Assembly: GCA_973895155.1 (NCBI GenBank)
Contig: OZ316896.1
Coordinates: forward strand, 2,232,001 to 2,296,000
Source of the DNA: Marsupella aquatica
Taxonomy: Eukaryota > Plantae > Marchantiophyta
Direction of reading: 5' to 3'
Length of the DNA stretch: 64,000 nt
Numbering within the stretch: the stretch's first letter is position 1; every line of letters begins with the position of its first letter. This document shows positions 53,595 through 63,976 of this stretch, in pieces. The notes beneath the pieces were generated by a model. That model saw only the letters and a program-made list of their open reading frames with translations, was not told where the DNA came from and did not search any database. The position numbers and the translations under genes were made by a program.

Positions 53595-53750
53595 TCAGGT
53601 AGCACGTGGAGCACAGGAAGGGCAAAACCATAACCCTTCTGGCACCTGGGTAAGTTTAGGCCGAAGGCAGAAAAGATGGTACCCTCCATTGCAATTGTCA
53701 CACAGCAGCATCTGGTCAGCATCATCAATTCGCAAACACACTTTGCAAGG
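53595..53750 (-). other. PHD finger at the integrase C-terminus
   Basis: CKVC..DDADQMLLCDNCNGGYHLFCLRPKLTQVPEGLWFCPSC is an intact C4HC3 PHD. Confidence 0.92.
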
Positions 53751-56700
53751 GTAGTCCACAGGTGGAATCCAAGTAGAAGTCACAATGGTGGGATCCAGGT
53801 TAGGCAGATGACAAGGGGCGCAATTTTTGGCATTGTCAGCAATTGTGCGCCCATCTGCCCCTTGTAACTCTAGCACTCCAGACGGTCGAATAGCTTTAAC
53901 CCTGAGAATAGTACGACTGGTAGAGGTGTCCAGGGTGTCGTTAGCTTGCCGCTGCAAGTACACAAAATCTCCCACTTCAAACTTCCTGACCTTGGGCTGA
54001 AAAGTGCCCCCTCGTGTGTGTGCATAACGCAGTGTGTCCCTGTGCTGTGCGATGGCCAAATTCTCCATGGCCATGGGCATAACCCTCCTGAATAGGGCAG
54101 CCCTCTCAGAGATCACATCAGACCAAGTCACAGCTGAATCCAAGTCTACCACCTGAAGCATGTGAGCAGCAATAGCAGAAGGTGGAACTGGGTGACGACC
54201 GAACAACAAGAAGTAGGGAGAAAAGTTAGACAGTGATGCATGTCTGGACATCCTATACCCCATGGCAATGTAGAGTAAGGCCAGGTCCCAATCCTTCTTG
54301 TTTTTGGTGAGGCAAATCTTCCGGAGACCCTTCTTGCATGTCTAAACCATGCGCTCTGCCAAGCCATCTGCCTGTGGGTGATCTTGTGATGTCCGGCGAT
54401 GATCTATGAGGGCCTGATCAAGCAGCTCCTGGAACTCTCCTCTAAACTCTGAGCCCTGGTCAGTGAGACATTCTGCACAAGCTCCAAAGCGGCTGAGAAC
54501 TTGTTGCAGGAATGCCTGGCTGGTGCTACGGGAGGTCTTATCCGGCAATGCCACAAGTTCTATCCACTTGGAGAAATGCTCTATCATGATCATGATGTAG
54601 AGATTACCCCGAGACATGAGGGGTAATTCTCCAGCCAAATCACATGACCAGCAATAAAACATGCCCTAAATAGGGAGTGGATGAAGTATGGGTTGCTGAG
54701 ATGTGAAAGAAGTCCTCACCCTATCACACTGTTCACACCGGGCAATAACATCTCGAACCTGGCCATGCATGCCTCTCCAATGATAATGAGGGACCAAAAG
54801 GCTGTAAGTCCTCTTAACGCCAAAATGACCAAGCTCAGAATGTACCTTACGGATAAGGCCAACCCTCTCATGAATGGGTGGAACCACCACTTCCCTGTCT
54901 GGCAAGCAGCGCACGAGATGATTTCCCTTCCACAAGTAACGCTTGGACCTTTGCTGAATTCGGTCTCTCTGGGTTGCAGTAACATGTATGGGGTACTCCC
55001 CATGCTGCGAAAATCTCATAGTGTCGTTGTCCTCCCATATGTCCACCACAGGTTGGTCAACAACGTAGCATGGCAGCAAAGCAAGATAGGTAGATGCATG
55101 AAATGTAGGCAGGATGGAAACCTGGTCAAAATCCTGCCGTGCATCTGAGGAATCATCAGAGGCAATCAAAGGGCTGTGGGACATAGTGTCAGCATTTTGA
55201 TGTGTCACACCAGGCCTATGAATTACCTCAAAATCATACTCCTGGAGTATGAGCGCCCAACGAGCAAGCTTGCCAGTAAGCTTGTCATTGGTCATCAACC
55301 ACTTCAAGGGCTGGTGGTCGGTGTAGAGAACAAACCTGGTCCCATAGAGGTAGGGCCTGTAATGTATGACAGCCCACACAACAGCAAGGCATTCACCCTC
55401 ATAAGAAGAATAATGACTCTCTGCCTGATTATTGCTCCTAGATGCATAGGCAATGACGTACTCTTTACCTTCCTCATCATGCTGGCCCAGAATGGCATCA
55501 ATCCCAAGGGCACTCCAATCTGTGTGTAACATAGAGACCTTGCTGAAATCAGGTCTTCTCAGCACTGGGTATTCTGAGAGCTTCTCCTTCAAGTGGCAAA
55601 TGTTGCCTTAGCATCTGTACTCCATGTCCAAGTCACATTCTTTTTCAACAAAGCATACAATGGGTGTGCAATGGTACTGAAATCTTTGATGTAGATCCGG
55701 TAGTAATTGTACAACCCAATAAAACTCCTCAAAGTGTGAACATCGGTAGGAGTGGGCATTTCCAAGATGGATACCACCTTGGCCCAGTGAGCCATGGTTC
55801 CATTGGAAGAATGCGGTGCCCAAGGTATACTTCTGATCTGACAGCAAATTCACACTTCTTGGGGTGTATCTTTAGGTTCACCTTCTTAAGTCTCATGAAT
55901 AGCTCCTCAAGGTCAAGTAGAATGATGCTGGTCAAATCCTTTGCTGTGGACCAACACATCATCAATGTAGCATTTCATAAACTCAGCACCTTGAAGAACC
56001 TAGTCCATGACTCTTTGAAAGAATATGGGCACATTCTTCAAGCCAAATGGCATCATCAACCACTCCCATAGTTGGTTACTACCATGGAAAGTTGTTTTCT
56101 TGCGATCCTTTGCAAGCAGCAAAATCTGGTTGAAGCCTTGCCTTAGATCCACAAGAGTGAAGATGTCTGAGTCTCCAATGCTGTCAAATAACTCCTCTGG
56201 CCGCGGCATGGGGTACCTATCCTGGGGTGTGACCAGGTTCAATGGCCTGTAGTCCCCACACATGCGCTTCTCTATCCACAATCCACTGGAATCCTTCTTT
56301 GCTGGCATCATTGTAGCTACTGCAAAATCTGATGTAGATGGTTGAATAAGACCAGCTTCATATAACTCTTGGCACCTCTCATCCACCAGCTGCCACTCAT
56401 GCTTACTCAAACGATGTCTCCGCCTGAAGATAGGTGTTTCATCAGCCAACTCAATGGAGAACTGCATAGTCGTGCACTTACCCAAGTCCTTCATAGAGAA
56501 AGCAAACACGTTCTCATGCTTGAGGAGCAAATTCAGCAACTGGTCCTTCTGTCTTTTACTCAAGTGGTTGCCCATGATGAATGTGTAGTTGGCAACACTA
56601 GGAATAGGACCTGATGTACTCATGCTTGAAGAGCTAGAAGTGCCAGCCTCTCCACTGTCCAAGCTGCTAGCATGCTGCTGATAAGGTGATGAGGCCTCTC

Positions 56701-56929
56701 CAAGGCCTGTTGTACCTGCTGATCTGGGTTGGTCCACACCATGAAACTCAGAAATATTGTCAGCCACGTTACAAGGGACCTCCTCCCTCCCAACACTTGG
56801 ACTGAAGCGGTGAGTGTTGAATAGAGGTAAGTGCACCTGGTCTGGATGCCATGTAGCAGCACCATGGAGTGGTAGAGCTGGAACTCCTGATGTTGGATGA
56901 ATGTACATCTGAAAAAGAATGCAAGTGAC

Positions 56930-57860
56930 CAGAAGCCAAGTGAGAGCATTGAGATCCATTACCCTGCCAAGTAAAGCATTCCTGGCCAGCCTGGTGATGT
57001 GGGTGTGGCCTGTAGTACCGGATTGGAAGCCCATAGCCCGTTCTCTCTCCTCAGGACTAGGTTCATCCCATGTACCGGTAGAATGTCGGTAAACCAGGCC
57101 AGGACCATCACCCTGAAAAGCATGTGCACCTGGAAAGGACACAAATGTAGGCCAAGCAGCACGGGGCTGTCCAATGGTATTGGCTGGATACCAAGGTGCT
57201 GGCTCTTGCCGTGTAACTGGTTGTTAGGATCCAAAATCTGGTCCACTGTGAGGTTAGTGTCCCTGGATGTGTGGTGAAGAGCTAACTCCAACAAGGAAGG
57301 TGGTGCAAGGTTAGTCCAAAAGTTACGAAGACGATGTGCATAAGAACCACAGTGCACTGCATCAATGAGAAGGGGTGGTCCCAAGTAGTGTTGGACCACA
57401 CTAAAATCCTCTTTGACCTGTGGACGCTGGTCAAACTAAGATGGAGTATTCTCAACAATATAACCAACAGCAGGATAAACGGATTGAGCCCAGGTGAGAA
57501 TCTGAACCAATGCTGTGAAAAGGCCAGAATGAGAATCATGCAGTCCAGCACCGTGACCAGCAGTTGAAAACCCTTGGCATTCCCAACCAGCTATGATCAA
57601 ATCAAGGGAGCCAAGAAGGGTTAAGTGCCGGTGCTGGACAAGCTGGATATCTGGAGGAAAGAAAGAAAATGCAGATTTCCATGCACTGTGTGGAAACTGC
57701 TAGGGAAATCGCTCTGAAAATTCCAGCAGACGGGATTCAGCCACTTGCCTTGCACCTGAATCAATATCCACATAGATGTACTGCTTCACCACCATGCCAG
57801 ACTGTAGGAGAGCTTCCAGGCCTATAGAAATGCCACCAAAAAGCTCAAGCAATGTAAGGC
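56930..57860 (-). pseudogene. DNMT3-like C5-cytosine DNA methyltransferase domain inside the Gypsy polyprotein
   Basis: Motifs in order: I LELFGGI, II YVDID, IV DLIIAGWECQGFS, V SGLF, VI IVENT, VIII AHRLRNFWTN, IX EERERAMGF, X RLARNALLGR. TAG stops at 57700 and 57436, one frameshift near 57210. Confidence 0.9.
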
Positions 57861-58998
57861 CATCTGAAGGAGGAGTCCATGTAACTGGTGCGCTCAAGAT
57901 TGGGGCTATTGGTTGGCCATTGTGCTGCCCAAGGTCCTCAAATTTGCGCAATGCAGCCACCAAAGGTCCATGGGCTGCTTGGAGTCGTTGTACCACCTCT
58001 GGTTGATGATCCACGTTGCTGGAAAGTGCTACTATATGTGCAGCAGCATGTGCAGTAACCACCTCATCATCATCCTCCTCAATCCAATCCTGCAATGGGT
58101 GGTTGACATAAGTAGCTGTGTGCATTGCTTTCAACACACAGTGGTGAGCCATAGGTGTATGGGCACCATGCAAATCAAGTGGAATGTAGCCCAAGTGTGA
58201 GCCATCCGTATGCCAATCAACTCTGTAGTATGCATGCTCATGCCAGTTGTCAATGGTAAAACCTGGTGGGAACAAAGTCTCCTGGCCAATGAGCACATCA
58301 TACGTAGTGGCATTGGTAACCAAACATCTGACTCGGAAATGCAATTCCTGATTTGTACCTCCATTAAAAGTGAGAGTGAGTAAAGTAGAACTCTCACCCA
58401 ACACATCCTCCACAGTGCCACTAGCAGTCCGAATGTGCCACCTGGATTGTTGTAAATGATCAGTCAGCAGTCCCATCTTCTTGGCAAACTGAATGCCCAA
58501 TATCACTGGTTGAGCGCCTGTGTCTAGCATGACCACCTGAGGAGTGTGACCCTCCAACTTGACCGCTGAATTCCTGTTGTCAACAATGGCAATGGTGGTG
58601 GAAACTAAAGTCCTATCACTAGGCAACACTTTTGGCAAATGATGAGGTACCTTGTGAAGGGAGTTAGTGTCCACGGTCTTCCCACTCAACTGCATAGCCA
58701 GGAAAGATGGAGCAGCATGACCAGAATCAAGTGTAGCTCTGGTCACACAATCTGCAGCAATACTGTCATCTCTACCACTGGAAATTGGTACTAGGATAGC
58801 TAAACCAGTTGAAGCATGTAATGGAGAAGAAGAAGGTTCAGTATGTACATGAGATTGGATCTCCAAAACCGGTGTCACAGGGGCTGAGGAAGAATGCAGT
58901 GAACCCTCTAGCGCTCTGATGACAGCTCTAGCATCCAGTTGTAAATCATGGCAACTGAAAAGTGGAGTTGTAAGAATCCTTTGTGCCATACCGGAGGT

Positions 58999-59082
58999 GA
59001 AATGCTCAAGCAGCTCAGGAGAAACAACTCCCTGTGAAATGAAATGCTCAAGCAGCTCAAGAGAAATAACTCCCTGTGAAAT
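58999..59082. repeat. in-frame 42-bp duplication in gag
   Basis: Encodes ISQGVISLELLEHF / ISQGVVSPELLEHF. Confidence 0.9.
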
Positions 59083-60191
59083 GTCAACAGCACCTGGTGG
59101 TGGAATGGATGTAGCTACAGCTCCCTCCCCCCTCGCCAACAAGGTGCGCTCTTCAGCAAGTGTGAGTGGCTGAAAAGATTGGGGCATGACAGCCCGAGCT
59201 CCCCTGGCTCTAGTCATAGGACTGACAGCAAGACCATCAGCCTGTACAATGCGGCATGTGGGAGCAATACGGGAGGCAGCACTGGCCTGCTGGTAAGCAA
59301 AATAGGAAGAGCATAATGAATCTGAAAATTCTACTATGAGGCCAGGCTGTGGAGCAGAGGACAGCACACACTCACCCATATGAGCATCAAATGGCAAGCC
59401 ATAGAAAGAGCGGGGTAGAGGTGCTGAACTGTCAGTGGTGCCTGGGCCAGGGATGGGTTGCACGTGACCAGCCGGTTGAGAAGGACCAGCAGAGGCAGTT
59501 GACTTGCCTTTGATGTTGGCAAGTTGGGCACGTAGGGACTCAACCTCATGAGTCAGAGACTGGAGTTGAGTTGCCTGTGCATTGTGAGCCTCCTTCTGAG
59601 CTGGTTGCTTCAGTTGCTGCTTGGGCAATTTGTTGGCTCCGGGTGCTTTGCCACTGGAAGGAGGAGCAACTGAGGCAATAGGAGCCCTCCTAGCTGGTGG
59701 GGGAGTGGAAACAGGAGCAGGATGAGTGGCCTGTTGTCGTAGCTGCTTCCTCTCTGGGAATTTGGCAAAACAAATTGCCTCCAAGTGACGCACTTTCCCG
59801 CAGAAATCACAAGACAGGTCCTCAGCAACAATATCACATTCATTAGCAACATGGTGACGGACCAAACGAGAAGTGTGACCACACTTCTCGTTTTGCCCAC
59901 GGCGAAAAAAGTTTCTAAGGCAAAAAAGTCTTGGATATGGAATTAGTATTCCCACTAAAAACTAGTTTTTCGAATTGAAAAAATGGGAAAAATTGACACG
60001 AATATGAAGATGGGATACGGCGTATTCCATTTTGGATCCAACCGTGGAATTCCACCAAAAAAAAAACGCAGTAAAAGTGCCGATATTGGTTTACCCAACA
60101 AGAATATTCCAAAATGATTCTTCTCAACGGTAACATTTAACCGACTGCGATGCAACTGCAGTCAAATACTAACCACGGTCAGTAAGAAAAC

Positions 60192-60318
60192 TATAAATAG
60201 GAGATCAACTCTTGAGAATTTTACGCTCATTTTTTCTCGCTCTGTATACTCTTAGTCTCGACAAATGCACACCGTCTATACAAACTCGTATTCCCCGAAA
60301 ATCAGTTTTGACGAATAG
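60192..60318 (+). promoter_or_regulatory. TATA box and non-coding first exon (unit A)
   Basis: TATAAATAG 60192-60200; donor AATAG|GTGAG at 60319; acceptor CTGAT..TTTCGCAG 60838. Confidence 0.6.
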
Positions 60319-60347
60319 GTGAGAATCTTCCTCAAAATGGCGAGGAC

Positions 60348-60745
60348 GAATCCCAAATGGGATACGCCGTATCCCATTTGGGATTCAACCCTCAAATTTC
60401 AAGTTTTCGTTTCACATTAGCTAAAAAAGGAGGTTGGATGCGAAGTGGGATACGGGGTATCCCATGTCGCATCCAACCTCCGAATATGAAGTATCGTAGA
60501 CTCCAAATGTCAAAACCTCAAAGTTGAATGCGAAATGGGATACGGCGTATCCCGTTTGGGATTCACTCTTCAAATATCCAGTTTGTTTTCTCTTTAGCTA
60601 AACAAGGAGGTTGGATGCGAAATGGGATACGGGGTATCCCATGTCGCATCCAACCTGCAAAAATAAAGCATCTTAGACCATAAATGTCAAAACCTCAACA
60701 TTGAATGCGAAATGGGATACTGCGTATCCCGTTTGGGATTCACTC
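60348..60745. repeat. palindrome array A: 5 hairpins, 87-90 bp period
   Basis: GGGATAC-NNN-GTATCCC centres at 60367, 60455, 60545, 60632 and 60722. The first is a 39-bp palindrome with perfect 19-bp arms (60348-60386). Spacers alternate, giving a ~177-bp higher-order unit. Confidence 0.92.
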
Positions 60746-60948
60746 TTCAAATGTCCAGTTTTGATTGCCCATGTGGTATTTACCTAGAGTTTATTTGAAT
60801 GATGGGAAAAACCTTATGGATTACTGATTGTTTCGCAGGCGAAGTTCAACTGAACTGTACGCACTGAAGCTCTTGCTGCCTTTCAGTGACCGACACCCAC
60901 TCAAGCTTAAGCTTTCCTTGATAAACAAAGTTTTCTCTTGTGAGTCTC

Positions 60949-61275
60949 ATGGCGGTCCAGAATCAAAACCTTGAGAAACATGCTCGTCGATTGTATAAGC
61001 GATTAGTTGCACTCAAAGTTCTTCGTCCTGGATTAGGCGTGCTATGGACTGGAGGCGTGGATCCACATGATAGTTTGAATCCACTCCGAATAGAGTTTTG
61101 TGAAAAAAATGAGGATGGAGTTCCGATTCGGTCGAGGATATGTTTGAGTGGTTGTCTGCACTCTGTTAATTCTTCTTGTAACTATTGTCGTGATGCCCAA
61201 AACAAATATCATCGATTGGCATATTTTTGTTGTCGGATTTGGAACGAAGATCCTTGGGTTAACTTATCGCGTTGA
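60949..61275 (+). CDS. unknown Cys-rich 108-aa protein (unit A)
   Basis: Open frame after the array-containing intron with CLSGCLH...CNYC...FCC. No family recognised. Confidence 0.45.
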   Translation: MAVQNQNLEKHARRLYKRLVALKVLRPGLGVLWTGGVDPHDSLNPLRIEFCEKNEDGVPIRSRICLSGCLHSVNSSCNYCRDAQNKYHRLAYFCCRIWNEDPWVNLSR

Positions 61276-61450
61276 ATTTTCTGATTAGTGTGTAAGTGTT
61301 TAGGTGAACGTTCTTGGGTCAAACATTTTGTGAATATATTTTTATTTTGATCAAAGAAATAAAATCAGTTTTTCCATCACTATTTTGTAGGTTGTTGAGA
61401 AAGAGCTCACCATCTCATTTATTACTCCAGGTATCCACTCTTATTTTGGA

Positions 61451-62307
61451 ATGGCAGTCACTGAGAACCCTGTCTTTACAAGGTTAGCGATGTCATTCGA
61501 CAAAGAGAAGAAACAAATTCAACAAAAAAGTGGCCAAAGGGAATCCGGATTGCTTTTGGATGGACTTCCTGACGAGATTGTTGAAACGTTCATTTGGCCC
61601 CTCGGGGGTCTCACTATATGGGGACCTCCCCATCACCTGCGACGTTTTTAGGCCTCGGACCCCCTAAAATGTAAGAAAAAAATATTATTTTTTAACCCCT
61701 ATAAAGTTGGAATTTTCCAAGAATATTCCAAAAATTGGATTGAAAAGACCCTAATGTTCTTATAAGTCTCAAAATTGAATTTAAAAGACCCTATTGTTCT
61801 TCTACAAAAATTCTTAAGTCTTCCCTTAGAACGAATAAAATGACCCTATCCTTTGTCGCACGTGATATGCCATTTTTGTGGAAGTGAAACCCCCGAGTTT
61901 GGCCCATTTTGAAAGTTTGTTGTATAGAGGATGAGTTTGATTCCTCCAAGAACCAAGCTGATGAAAGATTGATGCGATTAAAAACCATGGTGTGGCTTGG
62001 ATGCACCTCCAAGAAATGGAACCAGCTCGTAATTTGTACACGAGTCTGGGGTATTCTTAGACTAGCAAAAAGCCAGCTTGAGGAAGTAAATGAAATGCTG
62101 ACAAGCATTCCCAATGGAAAACCCCTTCAGAATGTCCATATTGAAGCTTTTGTTAGGATGGAAACACCGAATCTTCCTCCAATCAATTTCTTAGGTTTAT
62201 TTTCAAGGTCTGACCTAAATCGATTTCAAGAAGACTGGCACAATCTTGAGAAAGATGAGCAAGCGAGGCTCTTGGAAATGTATGGGGAAGCTTCTAGTCT
62301 GGTTTAG
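61451..62307 (+). pseudogene. F-box-like gene (183 aa when restored) interrupted by a MITE
   Basis: LLDGLPDEIVETFIWP joins in frame to ILKVCC...LGCTSKKWNQLV once 61601-61905 is removed. Confidence 0.75.
61601..61897. mobile_element. 297-bp MITE, 15-bp TIR, 8-bp TSD
   Basis: CTCGGGGGTCTCACT / AGTGAAACCCCCGAG (1 mismatch). TSD TTTGGCCC at 61593-61600 and 61898-61905. Confidence 0.92.
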
Positions 62308-62575
62308 AGCCATCTTGAATGGGCTCTTTGTAAAGACTCTTTTTAAGAATATCAACTTATTTTTTTTTGTGGCACAATTCCGAATGAATAAAGAGTTACC
62401 CGATTCGCTACGCATAAAATCTATTTGGTTGAATACAAGGACTTGGGGATATGCCTTATCTCTTGTCCCATCAAGAAAAAAATATATACAGACATCCGGA
62501 CTCCAACCCTATGCTTTTGGATACACATTATCGCCTGTGGAAACCTTATCGCCTGTGGATATGAAGGTGATAAAG

Positions 62576-62711
62576 TATAAATAGAAGTGCCTGGTCAGAA
62601 AAAATTACTCTCATTTCTTTTTCTTCTCAACTTTGTTTGCCTCCGCGTTTTTCTCGGGCCGCAACATCTCTATAGCTTTTCGTATTTGCTCGAATCAAAA
62701 CCAAAAAATAG
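62576..62711 (+). promoter_or_regulatory. TATA box and non-coding first exon (unit B)
   Basis: TATAAATAG 62576-62584; donor AATAG|GTAAA at 62712; acceptor TTTTTCAG 63140. Confidence 0.6.
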
Positions 62712-62751
62712 GTAAAACCTGAAGAAACTCTCCCCTCCTTGTTTGGTTAAT

Positions 62752-63105
62752 TGTTGAATCCTGAGAGGGATACGCCGTATCCCCATTTGTATTCAACTCT
62801 ATTATTTGGCCTTCTTTTCAATTGAATACGAGATGGGATACCGCGTATCCCATCTTGCATTGAACACCCTCTTTTTAGTCTTCCATCCAAACCTCCTCGC
62901 TCTTTCTTGACTTTGAATACGAACTGGGATACCGCGTATCCCATTTCGCATTCAACTCCCTCTTTTTCGTGCTTTGCATCAGACTCGAGGCAATTGTTGA
63001 GGTTGGATGCGAAGTGGGATACCGCGTATCCCATTTCGCATTCAACTCCCTCTTTTTCATTCTTTGCGTCAGACTTGGCAATTGTTGATGTTGGATGCGA
63101 AGTGG
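62752..63105. repeat. palindrome array B: 4 hairpins plus a half site
   Basis: Centres at 62775, 62843, 62934 and 63024 (spacing 68, 91, 90). Half site TTGGATGCGAAGTGG at 63091-63105. Confidence 0.92.
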
Positions 63106-63144
63106 TTTGGTCTGGTTCTAAGTGTGTCAATCTTTTTCAGGATC

Positions 63145-63976
63145 ATGTGACCGAACAAATCAAAGTCGTCTGGTTCGACCCAGTCTTCACGGACATCCAT
63201 CGTCGATGAGATTTGGAAGAAAGACCTTTACACGGAGGAGAAACTCGTGAGGAATAGGTGGTACTTCAGGGATGCTCGGGTGATGGATATTCACAGAGCG
63301 TATGAAGGTCCAGCGGTGTGGTTGGTTATCGTTAAGGGTAAAGACCATTGCCATTATGGATTAGTCGTGGACACCGGGGAGGCGGATATCACCAACTCAA
63401 AAACAAAACAGCTGAAGAAGATTCCAATGTACCTTTGCATTCTTCCGAACAATGCCTTCACTGTAGTTGTCCTCAACTACGAGAAAATTGATCGGGTCTC
63501 GATGAACACATTTCCTGATGACCCGATCTGCCAGCTAATTTTGGAAGTGCCGGAGATTGAGGACTTCTCTTATTGGTGTTTGAAATTTGTCTTGAAGTCT
63601 TGGAGGGTTGTTGAGGATTTTACGAAGGTAGCGTATAGGTCTGTTGTTGGAGCTGACTTTGGCGTCAAAGAGTGGCCTTTGAAGTTGAAAGTGACGAAGC
63701 CTACCGATCCGGCTTTGAAGTCAGGGGAGATGTCTGGAACACCCTCGACAAAGGAGAAATCTGCCACAGTTTCTTTTAAGGAACCGGCAAAGAGGAAGCT
63801 TGCAGATCAACTCTCTGGGGAAGGTTCTAAAGTAGCGGTGTCAGGAGAAGCTATTGTCAAGAAGAAATTGGATCGACGTGACATCCAGAAGCGCGCGCCT
63901 TTTGCACCATGAAGTGTTGTCTCATCTTTGGTCCCACCAATTTCACAGACACCTCAGATTCCTTCAACTTCGTCAG
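63145..63976 (+). pseudogene. unknown protein (unit B), globular N-half and low-complexity C-half
   Basis: ATG 63145 is followed by TGA (possibly from CGA), then open in frame with ORF 63247-63912. The frame stays open past TGA 63910 to a donor-like CAG|GTGGG. Confidence 0.55.

Larger units (their letters stand above)
53595..59897 (-). mobile_element. degenerate Ty3/Gypsy LTR retrotransposon: Gag-PR-DNMT3-like MTase-RT-RNaseH-INT-PHD
   Basis: CCHC knuckle CDFCGKVRHLEAIC; protease VMLDTGAQ; RT RMCGDYRPLN, MPFGLKN, YIDDVLV; RNaseH TDWS, YEGECLAVVWA, YTDHQPL; integrase H-x4-H..CEQC, FSKW, TDQGSEF, GLAERMV. Several stops and frameshifts. Gag is cut at ~59897. Confidence 0.95.

Noticed and set aside
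60348-63105. CRISPR-like array (palindromic repeats at a regular period)
   Set aside because: Spacers are not unique (1 resembles 3, 2 resembles 4; the last two in array B are similar), repeats vary, there are no cas genes, and the context is eukaryotic and intronic.
62747-63209. ORFs with repeated peptides (KWDTAYPISH, EMGYAVS)
   Set aside because: Translations of the palindrome array on both strands, inside a predicted intron.
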